Virus record (IMG/VR): IMGVR_UViG_3300017658_000231
Span: 1 to 31,288 of that record
DNA length: 31,288 nucleotides
Source: a virus
Taxonomy: Duplodnaviria > Caudoviricetes
Strand: one strand, 5' to 3'
The notes under the pieces are model-generated. The model did not search any database and was not told the origin of the DNA. It worked only from the letters and a program-made list of their open reading frames with translations. Both the position numbers and the translations under genes were made by a program. This document shows positions 22,639-30,919 of the stretch, one piece after another. Within the stretch, counting starts at the first letter, position 1. Every line of letters starts with the position of its first letter.

Positions 22639-24507
22639 ATGACAAAGTATAATAGACTACATCCTGACAAAAAATGCAAGAAGAATTCTGAGTCCCAGAT
22701 GACTCAGGATTTGTCTTGGCTTTTCTTCGTCGGTCAAGGCGACAAGTATCTCGGCTTCCATTTTGCCGACCGCACGCTTCAACCAGATGGGTCTTGGAAG
22801 CCAGTCACGAAAAAATACGACTATGAGCTAAAACGATGGATCGCCGAATACGATCATCCAGAACACTGGACCGTCGAAAAATCTCACTCTCACTGGCGAT
22901 GCTCCTCACTTCTCTCACATATACAAGGCAAGCATAGAGGACTCGTTGCAACTGATGATAGTGGTTGCACTGATGTCCCCTTCATTGCATCTGATCTTGA
23001 CCGCCATCACAACGAGCCAGCCAAACAACACATTGAAAGAGTGATACGCACCCTCAGAGCTTGTATCAGATTGTATCCACATCTCAGATGGCTTGCGGAA
23101 GTAAACAACAAAAATGGATCAACCAAGCTGTATGGCATCAGTCACAAGGGTATCCCGATTTGCAGAGCCAAAGAGATGGCGAAGGAACTGTACCAAGTAG
23201 TCGTCCAGATCACGGGCAACCCGAAGACCGAAGTGTTCCCGCACAATATGACGCAAATCCTGCTGCCATGCCGTGCGGACAAAACAACTATCATCGACAC
23301 TGGCATATTGGGCAAGGTCCAACGATACAAAGTTCTCAACGGCAAGCGAGTCTATTACGACGCTTACTCAATGATTGATCTGAGTGATTGGATGAATGGG
23401 CATGAGCAATGTGATGAAATCACATTGAAGCAAGTTTTGGAGAATGTCTGCAAGTGCCCGATAAAAGATATTGCGGATGTCAAATACAATAAACCTGTCA
23501 ATCGTCTTGAGGAGTTGAGAAACGAAGCCTACTTGGAAGCGATGGGATTGAGAGATGTTGATATCGAGGCTAACGCCTCGATATCAAATGCCCCCGCTGG
23601 GGGCATAAAATGTGGCTTGGAGCCTGACGGCGTGTCTTCTCGCACTTCCTTAAATGATATTAGATCGACCGCCAACGCTTTCGACCGCAAGCGTTTGTTC
23701 ACCCAATGGCTTTCACGTCAACTGAGACGTGTACCCACTCTTGAGGAAGTCCTGTCTGCATACAAGTCATACAAGATGTATGGTGGTTCGTGGGACGACA
23801 ATCTGGGCAAGAGACGATCCGATTTTGTGCAGATCATTAAGTATGTGGAGAAATCATTTAATTCCGAGTTATGCGGTCAAGGCAAGTCAGATCGCCCCGA
23901 GTTGAACAAAGAGGTGATGAAATGGCGTGGTCGCATGACAGCACATTTCATGCTGGGTAAGACCTTCTCTGTCATCATCAACCAAACTGTCAGATACGAT
24001 GAGTATGGAAGCCGCATTGTCTCAGGTGGCAAACGACGTTACGTCAATGGTCAGCACATATCGTATGTAATGGGAATCGCCGCCTATGTCATGCTGACAT
24101 CCAAGCTTGGAGACGGAAGTATCAGACGGAAATCAATACAAGGCTGGTGGGAGGATTTAGCGAAAGAAGGCAAACTTCCAGCTTGGTCGGTTGATTATTG
24201 GTTGGCATGTCGGCAAGTCCTTGAAGACATTGGCTGGATTGTTGTCGATGATACATATTCTCACAGAGAGCATCGATCCAAAACAGCAGAAATTACATAT
24301 ACGGATCAGCCATTGGTTGGGACTATCTACCTGTTCCCCATCACGACATATAATTACCCCCCCACCTCTATAATGGTGGTGACGCATTCGTCACCTGAAA
24401 AATCGGGATCAACCGACAAAACATCCCCGAGACCACCACCACGAGGACAACCGCCGCCGATTGTGCGGTTCACGCCATCAAAACAGGAACAAAACTCATG
24501 GAACTGA
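22639..24507 (+). CDS. Large hypothetical protein, possible replication initiator (AEP/primase-like N-terminus)
   Basis: FIASDLDRH (hhhDhD-like); position after an early promoter; start could be 22699. Confidence 0.5.
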   Translation: MTKYNRLHPDKKCKKNSESQMTQDLSWLFFVGQGDKYLGFHFADRTLQPDGSWKPVTKKYDYELKRWIAEYDHPEHWTVEKSHSHWRCSSLLSHIQGKHRGLVATDDSGCTDVPFIASDLDRHHNEPAKQHIERVIRTLRACIRLYPHLRWLAEVNNKNGSTKLYGISHKGIPICRAKEMAKELYQVVVQITGNPKTEVFPHNMTQILLPCRADKTTIIDTGILGKVQRYKVLNGKRVYYDAYSMIDLSDWMNGHEQCDEITLKQVLENVCKCPIKDIADVKYNKPVNRLEELRNEAYLEAMGLRDVDIEANASISNAPAGGIKCGLEPDGVSSRTSLNDIRSTANAFDRKRLFTQWLSRQLRRVPTLEEVLSAYKSYKMYGGSWDDNLGKRRSDFVQIIKYVEKSFNSELCGQGKSDRPELNKEVMKWRGRMTAHFMLGKTFSVIINQTVRYDEYGSRIVSGGKRRYVNGQHISYVMGIAAYVMLTSKLGDGSIRRKSIQGWWEDLAKEGKLPAWSVDYWLACRQVLEDIGWIVVDDTYSHREHRSKTAEITYTDQPLVGTIYLFPITTYNYPPTSIMVVTHSSPEKSGSTDKTSPRPPPRGQPPPIVRFTPSKQEQNSWN

Positions 24508-24535
24508 CCACTGAGAACGTGAAAGGTATGGACTC

Positions 24536-24552
24536 AATACAATTTTTGCACT
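24536..24552. promoter_or_regulatory. 17-bp palindrome copy (AATACAATTTTTGCACT)
   Basis: Abuts AAGGA SD of gene 24566. Confidence 0.65.
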
Positions 24553-24565
24553 CAAGGAAGACAAA

Positions 24566-25015
24566 ATGAAAACGAACGACAATCAAAATCGACCAGATCA
24601 CTCGGACAAAGACATGCTACACGAGATTATTCCTAACAATTCCTTACGGGAGAAAGTTGGTTATATCGTCGCCGAACTTTATCTCAAACGACATGGCGTT
24701 AAGCCCTTAAAGCGAGAATGGAACGGGATGACAGTCAACATTATCCCGAACACCGATCACGACTTGATCTGGATTGCCCTCACCCAACTCAAGAAAACTC
24801 AAGAGAAGCAAGGCGAGGAGAACAGGCTGTTGAAACAACGAGCCATCGACCTACACAATAAGAAACATCCAAGCGACGAGATCACAAAGCAAACGATGCA
24901 CGATGGCATTATACGGTTGTTTTCTCAAGGACGCCGAGTCGGAAGCTACAAGCCAGTTGAAACCAAAACCGGCAGTATATTGATTGCGGTCAAGGAAGAA
25001 GAAGCCACACAATGA
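24566..25015 (+). CDS. Hypothetical protein
   Basis: SD AAGGA; operon context. Confidence 0.65.
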   Translation: MKTNDNQNRPDHSDKDMLHEIIPNNSLREKVGYIVAELYLKRHGVKPLKREWNGMTVNIIPNTDHDLIWIALTQLKKTQEKQGEENRLLKQRAIDLHNKKHPSDEITKQTMHDGIIRLFSQGRRVGSYKPVETKTGSILIAVKEEEATQ

Positions 25016-25221
25016 AAGTCCCATTTGAAGAACCACGGAAGGTTGAGAACTGGTTGCCGTCACTCGATGAAGAGTTCAAGGCAATGTTCCAAGAAACCTC
25101 ATACAAGGAGATGCCCCAACTACAAAGGAAACCACACAATGAAAATCACATTTGGAAAACACAAAGGAGAAGAACTCCACACGATACCCAAGAACTATCT
25201 CAACTGGTTGCGAACGATTGA
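25012..25221 (+). CDS. Hypothetical protein
   Basis: ATGA overlap with upstream gene, but overlaps the next gene by about 80 nt. Confidence 0.35.
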   Translation: MKVPFEEPRKVENWLPSLDEEFKAMFQETSYKEMPQLQRKPHNENHIWKTQRRRTPHDTQELSQLVAND

Positions 25222-25381
25222 TCTCGACGACCACTTGAGACGAGCGGTTGATCTCGCTTTGGAAGGCAAAGAATACAAAGCACCAACCAGACGAGAACGG
25301 ATCGACGAAGCCAGAGAAGACATGATGTCACGGCTGAGGGAACGAGATGCAGGACGCACTCTATTTCGAGTCGTGGCATAG
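25139..25381 (+). CDS. DUF3820-like small protein
   Basis: MKITFGKHKGEELHTIPKNYLNWL; AAAGGA SD before ATG 25139. Confidence 0.8.
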   Translation: MKITFGKHKGEELHTIPKNYLNWLRTIDLDDHLRRAVDLALEGKEYKAPTRRERIDEAREDMMSRLRERDAGRTLFRVVA

Positions 25382-25384
25382 ACA

Positions 25385-25401
25385 AATACAATTTTTGTAA
25401 T
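25385..25401. promoter_or_regulatory. 17-bp palindrome copy (AATACAATTTTTGTAAT)
   Basis: Abuts AAGGA SD of gene 25416. Confidence 0.65.
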
Positions 25402-25415
25402 CAAGGATGAGAACA

Positions 25416-26030
25416 ATGAACATAACAACAAGCAATCTACTGGAACACGACAACCTGTTCCGACTCCGCATCATGTGCGTCGAGTTCTTTCTCAGAGCCA
25501 CGGATGGCAAAACGTATAACCGCCGACCGCCTATTGCCCTGAGACTTCCCTGCGGTGATCTGACATTCGTGGTGAAGCCAACAACGACCCATCGAAGCAA
25601 CGTAGTCACGGTTGATGATCGTGGAGTCATCATCGAGTGCATCCACAACAACAAGAAGAAAGGAGTTGTCTTGTTGATCGAAGGAAGAGCAAGATATCTG
25701 AGATCGTGGAAAGACCAAGACCGCAATATCTCTGAGTTGTCAGCACTCGTTGAACTGGCGGAACAGTTTCGGCTCGATCCCTTTGCGGTGATGAAGCAGA
25801 ACCCCAACCATTGTTGCTGTTGTGGCAAGGCTCTGACGGATGCGGTCTCAAGAGCAAGGGGTATTGGTCCTGAGTGTCTCGGCAATTTCTCGGAAGTATT
25901 CGGAACGACGAGGGAGCCAGTAAAACTCACGAAGCAGGACTACAAAAGAAAGATGATTCAAAATCATCCAGACATGGGCGGCGATCCCGAAGAGTTCAAG
26001 AAGTGGTCAGCACTCTACCACGCCTGTTGA
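25416..26030 (+). CDS. DUF6011-like zinc-binding protein with C-terminal J-domain-like (HPD) segment
   Basis: CCCCGKALTDAVSRARGIGPEC; YKRKMIQNHPDMGGDPEEF. Confidence 0.75.
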   Translation: MNITTSNLLEHDNLFRLRIMCVEFFLRATDGKTYNRRPPIALRLPCGDLTFVVKPTTTHRSNVVTVDDRGVIIECIHNNKKKGVVLLIEGRARYLRSWKDQDRNISELSALVELAEQFRLDPFAVMKQNPNHCCCCGKALTDAVSRARGIGPECLGNFSEVFGTTREPVKLTKQDYKRKMIQNHPDMGGDPEEFKKWSALYHAC

Positions 26031-26047
26031 GGCAGGGACAAAATGAG

Positions 26048-26080
26048 ACCGCACTCCAAACAACGGAGTGCGGTTTTCTT
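26048..26080 (+). terminator. Terminator between convergent genes
   Basis: ACCGCACTCC/GGAGTGCGGT followed by TTTCTT. Confidence 0.7.
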
Positions 26081-26096
26081 CATACCAATTGGAGTA

Positions 26097-26879
26097 TCAC
26101 AAACACTCGCTCAACCGGCGATTTCCAAGAGCAGCGAATTCCGAGACGATCTCGAAGCCGAGATAGTGCCGTCCCTGCAACGACGCCATTTTGAGTGTCG
26201 TCCCGCTACCGGCAAACGGGTCGAAGACCAGATTACCCTGACCGCTCCAAGTGTAGATCAGATCACGAGCCAGCTTTTCTGGCATGATTGCCGGATGACC
26301 AGCACGAACATACTTCTCGGAAGCATTGTCAGTTCCAGTGTGATACTTCCAGATCGGTCCTCGAATCCGAAATTCTGGGATTTCTGCCGGTTCGCTCCGC
26401 TCCCTGAAATCGTCACGTCGATAGTTTGTGAAGCTTTTGTAATCGCCGAAACACTTGTTGGGAATGTCCTTGATGAGATTGATGGTTCTCGGTCTTCCCT
26501 TGCTCAGAACATACACTCGCTGAGGTGAAGGATACTGCTTCATTTTGCCGTTGTTCCCATTGTTGATGTCGAGGAACAACGTCTTGTGACAACTGAACCC
26601 AATCTCATCAACAAAGTGGATTAACTGTCTTCGAGATGTCAGAGATTCAGCAAAGTCCTTGACCTGTTCGCCCACATGCCAGCAGACAACACCACCAGCA
26701 CAAGTGATCCGATACAGTTCAGCGGCAACAATGCAGAACATTTCCCAAGAAAGACGATTCCCCTTGAACGTTCTCATCCTGTCCCACGGTGGCGAAGTCA
26801 CGGTCAGATGAACACAACCATCTGGCATCGACTGCATTCCAGAAACACAATCCGAACAAATTAACTGGTTGATTTGCAT
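26097..26879 (-). CDS. DNA N4-cytosine/N6-adenine methyltransferase, beta class
   Basis: VTSPPW (motif IV) precedes HPA and VFDPFAGSGTT (motif I). Confidence 0.9.
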   Translation of the reverse strand: MQINQLICSDCVSGMQSMPDGCVHLTVTSPPWDRMRTFKGNRLSWEMFCIVAAELYRITCAGGVVCWHVGEQVKDFAESLTSRRQLIHFVDEIGFSCHKTLFLDINNGNNGKMKQYPSPQRVYVLSKGRPRTINLIKDIPNKCFGDYKSFTNYRRDDFRERSEPAEIPEFRIRGPIWKYHTGTDNASEKYVRAGHPAIMPEKLARDLIYTWSGQGNLVFDPFAGSGTTLKMASLQGRHYLGFEIVSEFAALGNRRLSECL

Positions 26880-26899
26880 AGCAAAGAAATCCTTGATGG

Positions 26900-26937
26900 A
26901 AGAAGAAAGAGAATCGGGGGCAGAATTGCCCCCGATT
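26900..26937 (-). terminator. Terminator-like hairpin upstream of the methyltransferase
   Basis: Perfect 11-bp stem AATCGGGGGCA/TGCCCCCGATT, pyrimidine tail on the minus strand. Confidence 0.55.
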
Positions 26938-26954
26938 ACAAAAGCTGGTACGGA

Positions 26955-27539
26955 TCAAGCCGCCACGGCAAAGACCAGTTTCGATCTGAGATCGTCCAGT
27001 TTGCTCTGGATCAATTCCAACTGTTCCCGAGCAGCACCATGCTCATCTGGATCAATCACGATCCCAGATAACAACTGGACGACTTGCACCAGCTTCCCAA
27101 CTCCCGTCAGTTTGATCTCTGGTTCAGATTGTTCTTCTTCACCATTGCCCAGCACATGTTCTGCCGTCTGACGAATCAGCTTGGCGGTGATGGGTTGGGG
27201 AACGTGAGACACAAGGTCAAGGACCGCCTGCCAAACTTTCTTCTGCGGTTCAGCATGTCTCAGTCGGACCAGTTCTCTTGTTTGTCCTTCACATGTCGGC
27301 AGCACCTTGAAATCAGCAAGGTTCATCAAGGCTCGTGCTGCATTCTTGTACCTGCTGACATCGGCTTGATTCATTCCGAATTCGACTTCGCAAAACCCAA
27401 CCAGAGACTTGTGAGATGTCTTCCAGAGTTTTCGTCTGTCGATCTCATAGATGGCGTTCGCCGTCTGGAAGAAAGCCTGTTGTCCTTTCTTGATGATGGT
27501 GAGGAGTTGTTCGTCTGTCTTCCTTGAAAAGTCACTCAT
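26955..27539 (-). CDS. Hypothetical phage/mobile-element protein
   Basis: AFFQTANAIYEIDRRKLWKTSH...FC..EFG, LPTCEGQTREL, VWQ; GGAG SD before ATG 27539. Confidence 0.7.
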   Translation of the reverse strand: MSDFSRKTDEQLLTIIKKGQQAFFQTANAIYEIDRRKLWKTSHKSLVGFCEVEFGMNQADVSRYKNAARALMNLADFKVLPTCEGQTRELVRLRHAEPQKKVWQAVLDLVSHVPQPITAKLIRQTAEHVLGNGEEEQSEPEIKLTGVGKLVQVVQLLSGIVIDPDEHGAAREQLELIQSKLDDLRSKLVFAVAA

Positions 27540-27706
27540 GGTCTTCTCCAAATTTTGGAGTTGCTTCCGACCTGCTTCCTCGCTTGAGGAGGCAAAAAAA
27601 GTCGTCTGCTCATAAGAACCTGCGGATCGCCCCATCTGGTCAAAACTGGTCAAAACTTTTATTCTGCTCTGAAAACATCAGGTCTCAGCATTCAGTGGTG
27701 AGCGTC

Positions 27707-28405
27707 ATGGATCGTGAAGTTTTCAGAGACAACCTGCGGCGACTGGCGGCAGCACAAGGACTCGACTTCGATGGCTTGGCAATCAAGATCGGTCTCATCG
27801 ATGCAGATAAGAAATGGTTGCGACGACTCTGGAACGATGGGCTGCAGGCGATCAACAAACGAAGATCAAACCAATTGGAAAATCTCGCTGCTCATCTCCG
27901 TCTTCCCTCAATCGATCAGTTGTGGCAAACGAACACCGGCAAACGTGAGGAGATCGAAAAACTCGCAACCAGAGCTTTCGATGTCATCAGGCAGATAGAC
28001 AAACTGAGATCGTTCTTCCCTGACGAGATGAGAACAATCGCCAGCGAGTTTCGCAGCGAGCGAGCATTCGTGGCCGAGTGGATTTGTGACGATTACGGCT
28101 TGGCTCAGTCATCACAAATCAAAGAAGTGCGAGAACGAATCAGAGTCTTGACAGCGGAACGTGAAGATGACTCAGATGTGAGCGAGATTATCGAAGCCCT
28201 CCAAGCCAATGTCAAAGAGTGGGATTATTGGTTGTGGAGCATTGGAGGCGAAAAGATGGCGAAGCATCTCATCAAGGAACAGTGGCGAGACGCCGTTCTC
28301 CAAGCAGAGAAAACAGACATGCCATTGACTCCTGATCTTTTCGCTAAGGTATTCCGGCAGCGACATTTTCCAGACATGGGAGAAAAATTTGTCGCTGAAT
28401 CCTAG
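27707..28405 (+). CDS. XRE-like HTH protein (candidate repressor)
   Basis: FRDNLRRLAAAQGL...LAIKIG...LENLAAHLRL.IDQLW; divergent from gene 27539. Confidence 0.55.
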   Translation: MDREVFRDNLRRLAAAQGLDFDGLAIKIGLIDADKKWLRRLWNDGLQAINKRRSNQLENLAAHLRLPSIDQLWQTNTGKREEIEKLATRAFDVIRQIDKLRSFFPDEMRTIASEFRSERAFVAEWICDDYGLAQSSQIKEVRERIRVLTAEREDDSDVSEIIEALQANVKEWDYWLWSIGGEKMAKHLIKEQWRDAVLQAEKTDMPLTPDLFAKVFRQRHFPDMGEKFVAES

Positions 28406-28454
28406 CATTGCAATAAGAACTGATATTCGACACACCTGAGTAGGACCGGGCAGA

Positions 28455-29291
28455 ATGACAAAACTTCGAATAGTTGGACTAAGTTTCCTAACAGTCGTAA
28501 TTTTTGCGGTGTTTGCCGCCTTACCGTTCACCGTTCCAGAAAGAATTACTGGACTGAAGCCGAATGAGTTCGGGGATGCTTTTGGTTCCGTCAATGCTTT
28601 CATGTCGTTTCTGGCATTCGTTGGGGTGTTAGTCACGTTGGCGATGCAGCGTGAAGAACTGGAACTTCAGCGAAATGAAATGCGAGAGAGCAAAGAGGAA
28701 TTGAAGCGAAGTGCAGATGCTCAGAAGGAAATGATTGAAATGCAACTGTGCAATTCCTATTTGCACGGATTATCCACATTGGTTCAACATGACGACATGG
28801 TTAAAAGCTCTCCAGTGCTGCGAGAGCAACCCAGTGAGACATTTCAAGATGTAAACGGTCTCCGACATTTAATGCAAAGGATCGAAGAAGATGTGCATCG
28901 TATTCTTTTCCGCCGTCCCGTGAATGTCGAAGAAGTTTCCTATGGACTGTATAAGGTTGTGGATTTATTTGAAAGTGACATGAAATCGGATGTTTTACCA
29001 GATGTGTGGGAGACAATGGATGAGATTTATGGAAGAATCGCTCGAATGGTTCCGGCACTGAAAGAAAGCGATGATCCTAGAGGAAAACGGTTGGCCAGCA
29101 TAATTTATGGTCCATTCTTTATGCTCAAGCATACTCTGCAAAGCTATCTAGAAGGTTCTTCGGAGATCGAGGTCGATGAAATATGGGAACGACACGAAAA
29201 GCTTCGTCGTGAATTAGAGGTTCTCAACTCGCAATACCCGCCTTCTGACTCTTTGAAATCACAATACCCGCTTCCAGATGACGAAAAATGA
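28455..29291 (+). CDS. Two-TM membrane protein with N-terminus resembling putative abortive-infection (putAbiC-like) proteins
   Basis: NEFGDAFGSVNAFMSFLAFVGVLVTLAMQREELELQR coiled coil. Confidence 0.6.
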   Translation: MTKLRIVGLSFLTVVIFAVFAALPFTVPERITGLKPNEFGDAFGSVNAFMSFLAFVGVLVTLAMQREELELQRNEMRESKEELKRSADAQKEMIEMQLCNSYLHGLSTLVQHDDMVKSSPVLREQPSETFQDVNGLRHLMQRIEEDVHRILFRRPVNVEEVSYGLYKVVDLFESDMKSDVLPDVWETMDEIYGRIARMVPALKESDDPRGKRLASIIYGPFFMLKHTLQSYLEGSSEIEVDEIWERHEKLRRELEVLNSQYPPSDSLKSQYPLPDDEK

Positions 29292-29302
29292 TCTCTCTGC
29301 TG

Positions 29303-29310
29303 ACTAACTA
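29303..29310 (+). promoter_or_regulatory. Putative late-promoter box ACTAACTA in hairpin loop
   Basis: 5 nt before ATG 29316; stem TGCTGA/TCAGCA. Confidence 0.5.
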
Positions 29311-29315
29311 TCAGC

Positions 29316-29807
29316 ATGAAAGACAGAATCAAATCCCTCAAACGCATCCCAGCTTCCAAGCTGGTTCCTCATCCCAAAAATCATCGTGTCCATTCCGACC
29401 ATCAGAAACGTGCCCTACAAGGTGTCCTTGATGAGATCGGCTGGTCTGATGCCTTGATCGTCAGAGAACACAAAGATGGCTACCAGATTTTAGATGGTCA
29501 TTGTCGCTCCGAATTGACGACCGACAAAATCCCTTGTCTCGTGGTTGATCTGACCGACTACGAAGCGGAACTGTTTCTTGCCTCGTTCGACCATCTCAGC
29601 AGTATGGCTGGCGTCGATCAGAGCAAGCTGGATGAACTTCTCTCTGAGTTGTCCGTCAAGAACGCTGATGTGCAAGCCATGCTGGATGATCTCGCCAGCA
29701 AGACCGAGGAACTCCTGCTTGATGAGGGCAAGGAGTTCGTTGAGTCTTGTGCTGATGACGTGGCGACGATCACTTGTCCGCATTGTGGGGGAATTTTCCC
29801 ACAATGA
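29316..29807 (+). CDS. ParB/Srx N-terminal-domain protein with zinc ribbon
   Basis: [26 protein letters not shown]. Confidence 0.85.
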   Translation: MKDRIKSLKRIPASKLVPHPKNHRVHSDHQKRALQGVLDEIGWSDALIVREHKDGYQILDGHCRSELTTDKIPCLVVDLTDYEAELFLASFDHLSSMAGVDQSKLDELLSELSVKNADVQAMLDDLASKTEELLLDEGKEFVESCADDVATITCPHCGGIFPQ

Positions 29808-30772
29808 CAAAGCCCTACACTGTGATAGAAACTTTTGCTGGTGGAGGAGGTTCTTCGTTGGGACACCAACAAGCGGGCGGCAAAGTCCTGCTTGCTGTCG
29901 AATACGATGACAACGCAGCGAAGACCTATCGAGCAAATTTTCCAACGACTCCTTTGTTTCATGGTGACATCGCCAACCTGACCGGCGAAGAGTGCTGTGA
30001 ACTGGTTGGGATCAAGCCCAGAGAACTCGACATTTTTTCTGGAAGTCCTCCCTGTCAAGGTTTTTCAACTTCCGGCAAACGGCAGTTCCATGACACCAGA
30101 AACCAACTGTTCAAGGAATACGTCCGACTGCTGAGACACCTGCAACCCAAGACGTTCCTCATGGAAAATGTTGGCGGCATGGTCACAGGCAAAATGAAGC
30201 TCATCTTTGTTGAGTGTCTTAGAGAACTCAAAGCCAGTGGTTACAAGGTCAAAGCCCGTTTGCTCAATGCCGCCTGCTATGGAATTCCACAAGCACGAAA
30301 ACGTCTCATCTTCATCGGTGTGAGAAATGATCTGAACATCGAGCCATCTCACCCAAAACCAACTGGTCCTATCGTCAGCATCATGGAAGCAATTGAGGGA
30401 GCAGATACGAGTGGGACACCATCGCTCAGCAAAAGATACTTCGACATGTATCATCAGGTTCCGTGGGGTGGCAATGCCAGCGATGTGATGAAAACCGGCA
30501 CTCACTTCTCGGACTGCATCCGACCGCATCCGATGAAACCTTGCTGCACTCTGCCCAAAATGCAAACGGGAAAAGGTTTCGCAACGATCTGTCATCCGCA
30601 CGAACCGAGATCACTCTCCATCGGCGAAGCGAAAAGAATCCAGACCTTCCCTGATGACTTCCAACTCTTTGGATCGTTCTCAACTCAATGGGCACGAATC
30701 GGAAATTCTGTTCCACCATTGCTCATGCAAAAGATTGCTGAGCATGTGAACAAAACCGTTTTGACCGCATGA
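29804..30772 (+). CDS. DNA cytosine-C5 methyltransferase
   Basis: [30 protein letters not shown]; ATGA overlap. Confidence 0.95.
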   Translation: MTKPYTVIETFAGGGGSSLGHQQAGGKVLLAVEYDDNAAKTYRANFPTTPLFHGDIANLTGEECCELVGIKPRELDIFSGSPPCQGFSTSGKRQFHDTRNQLFKEYVRLLRHLQPKTFLMENVGGMVTGKMKLIFVECLRELKASGYKVKARLLNAACYGIPQARKRLIFIGVRNDLNIEPSHPKPTGPIVSIMEAIEGADTSGTPSLSKRYFDMYHQVPWGGNASDVMKTGTHFSDCIRPHPMKPCCTLPKMQTGKGFATICHPHEPRSLSIGEAKRIQTFPDDFQLFGSFSTQWARIGNSVPPLLMQKIAEHVNKTVLTA

Positions 30773-30919
30773 AACAGCGGATTTGCTGCTCAGAACTATT
30801 TTGGGAAAACTCCAGTTTTGTTCTCGCATTGGGGCTGGCACCGACTCTCCAACCGTGCCAAATGCGTGCATGACAACCATGTCGGCTGTCAAACACGAAA
30901 CAACAAATGGAGACGAAAC

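Noticed and set aside
2447-25401. Palindrome family as CRISPR repeats, REP/MITE ends or integron attC sites
   Set aside because: Copies are only 17 bp, irregularly spaced kilobases apart, several lie in-frame within essential genes, and no cas, transposase or attC structure is visible
27573-27600. Hairpin TGCTTCCTC/GAGGAGGCA with A-run as a terminator
   Set aside because: The A-run is on the wrong side to give a 3' U-tract on either strand
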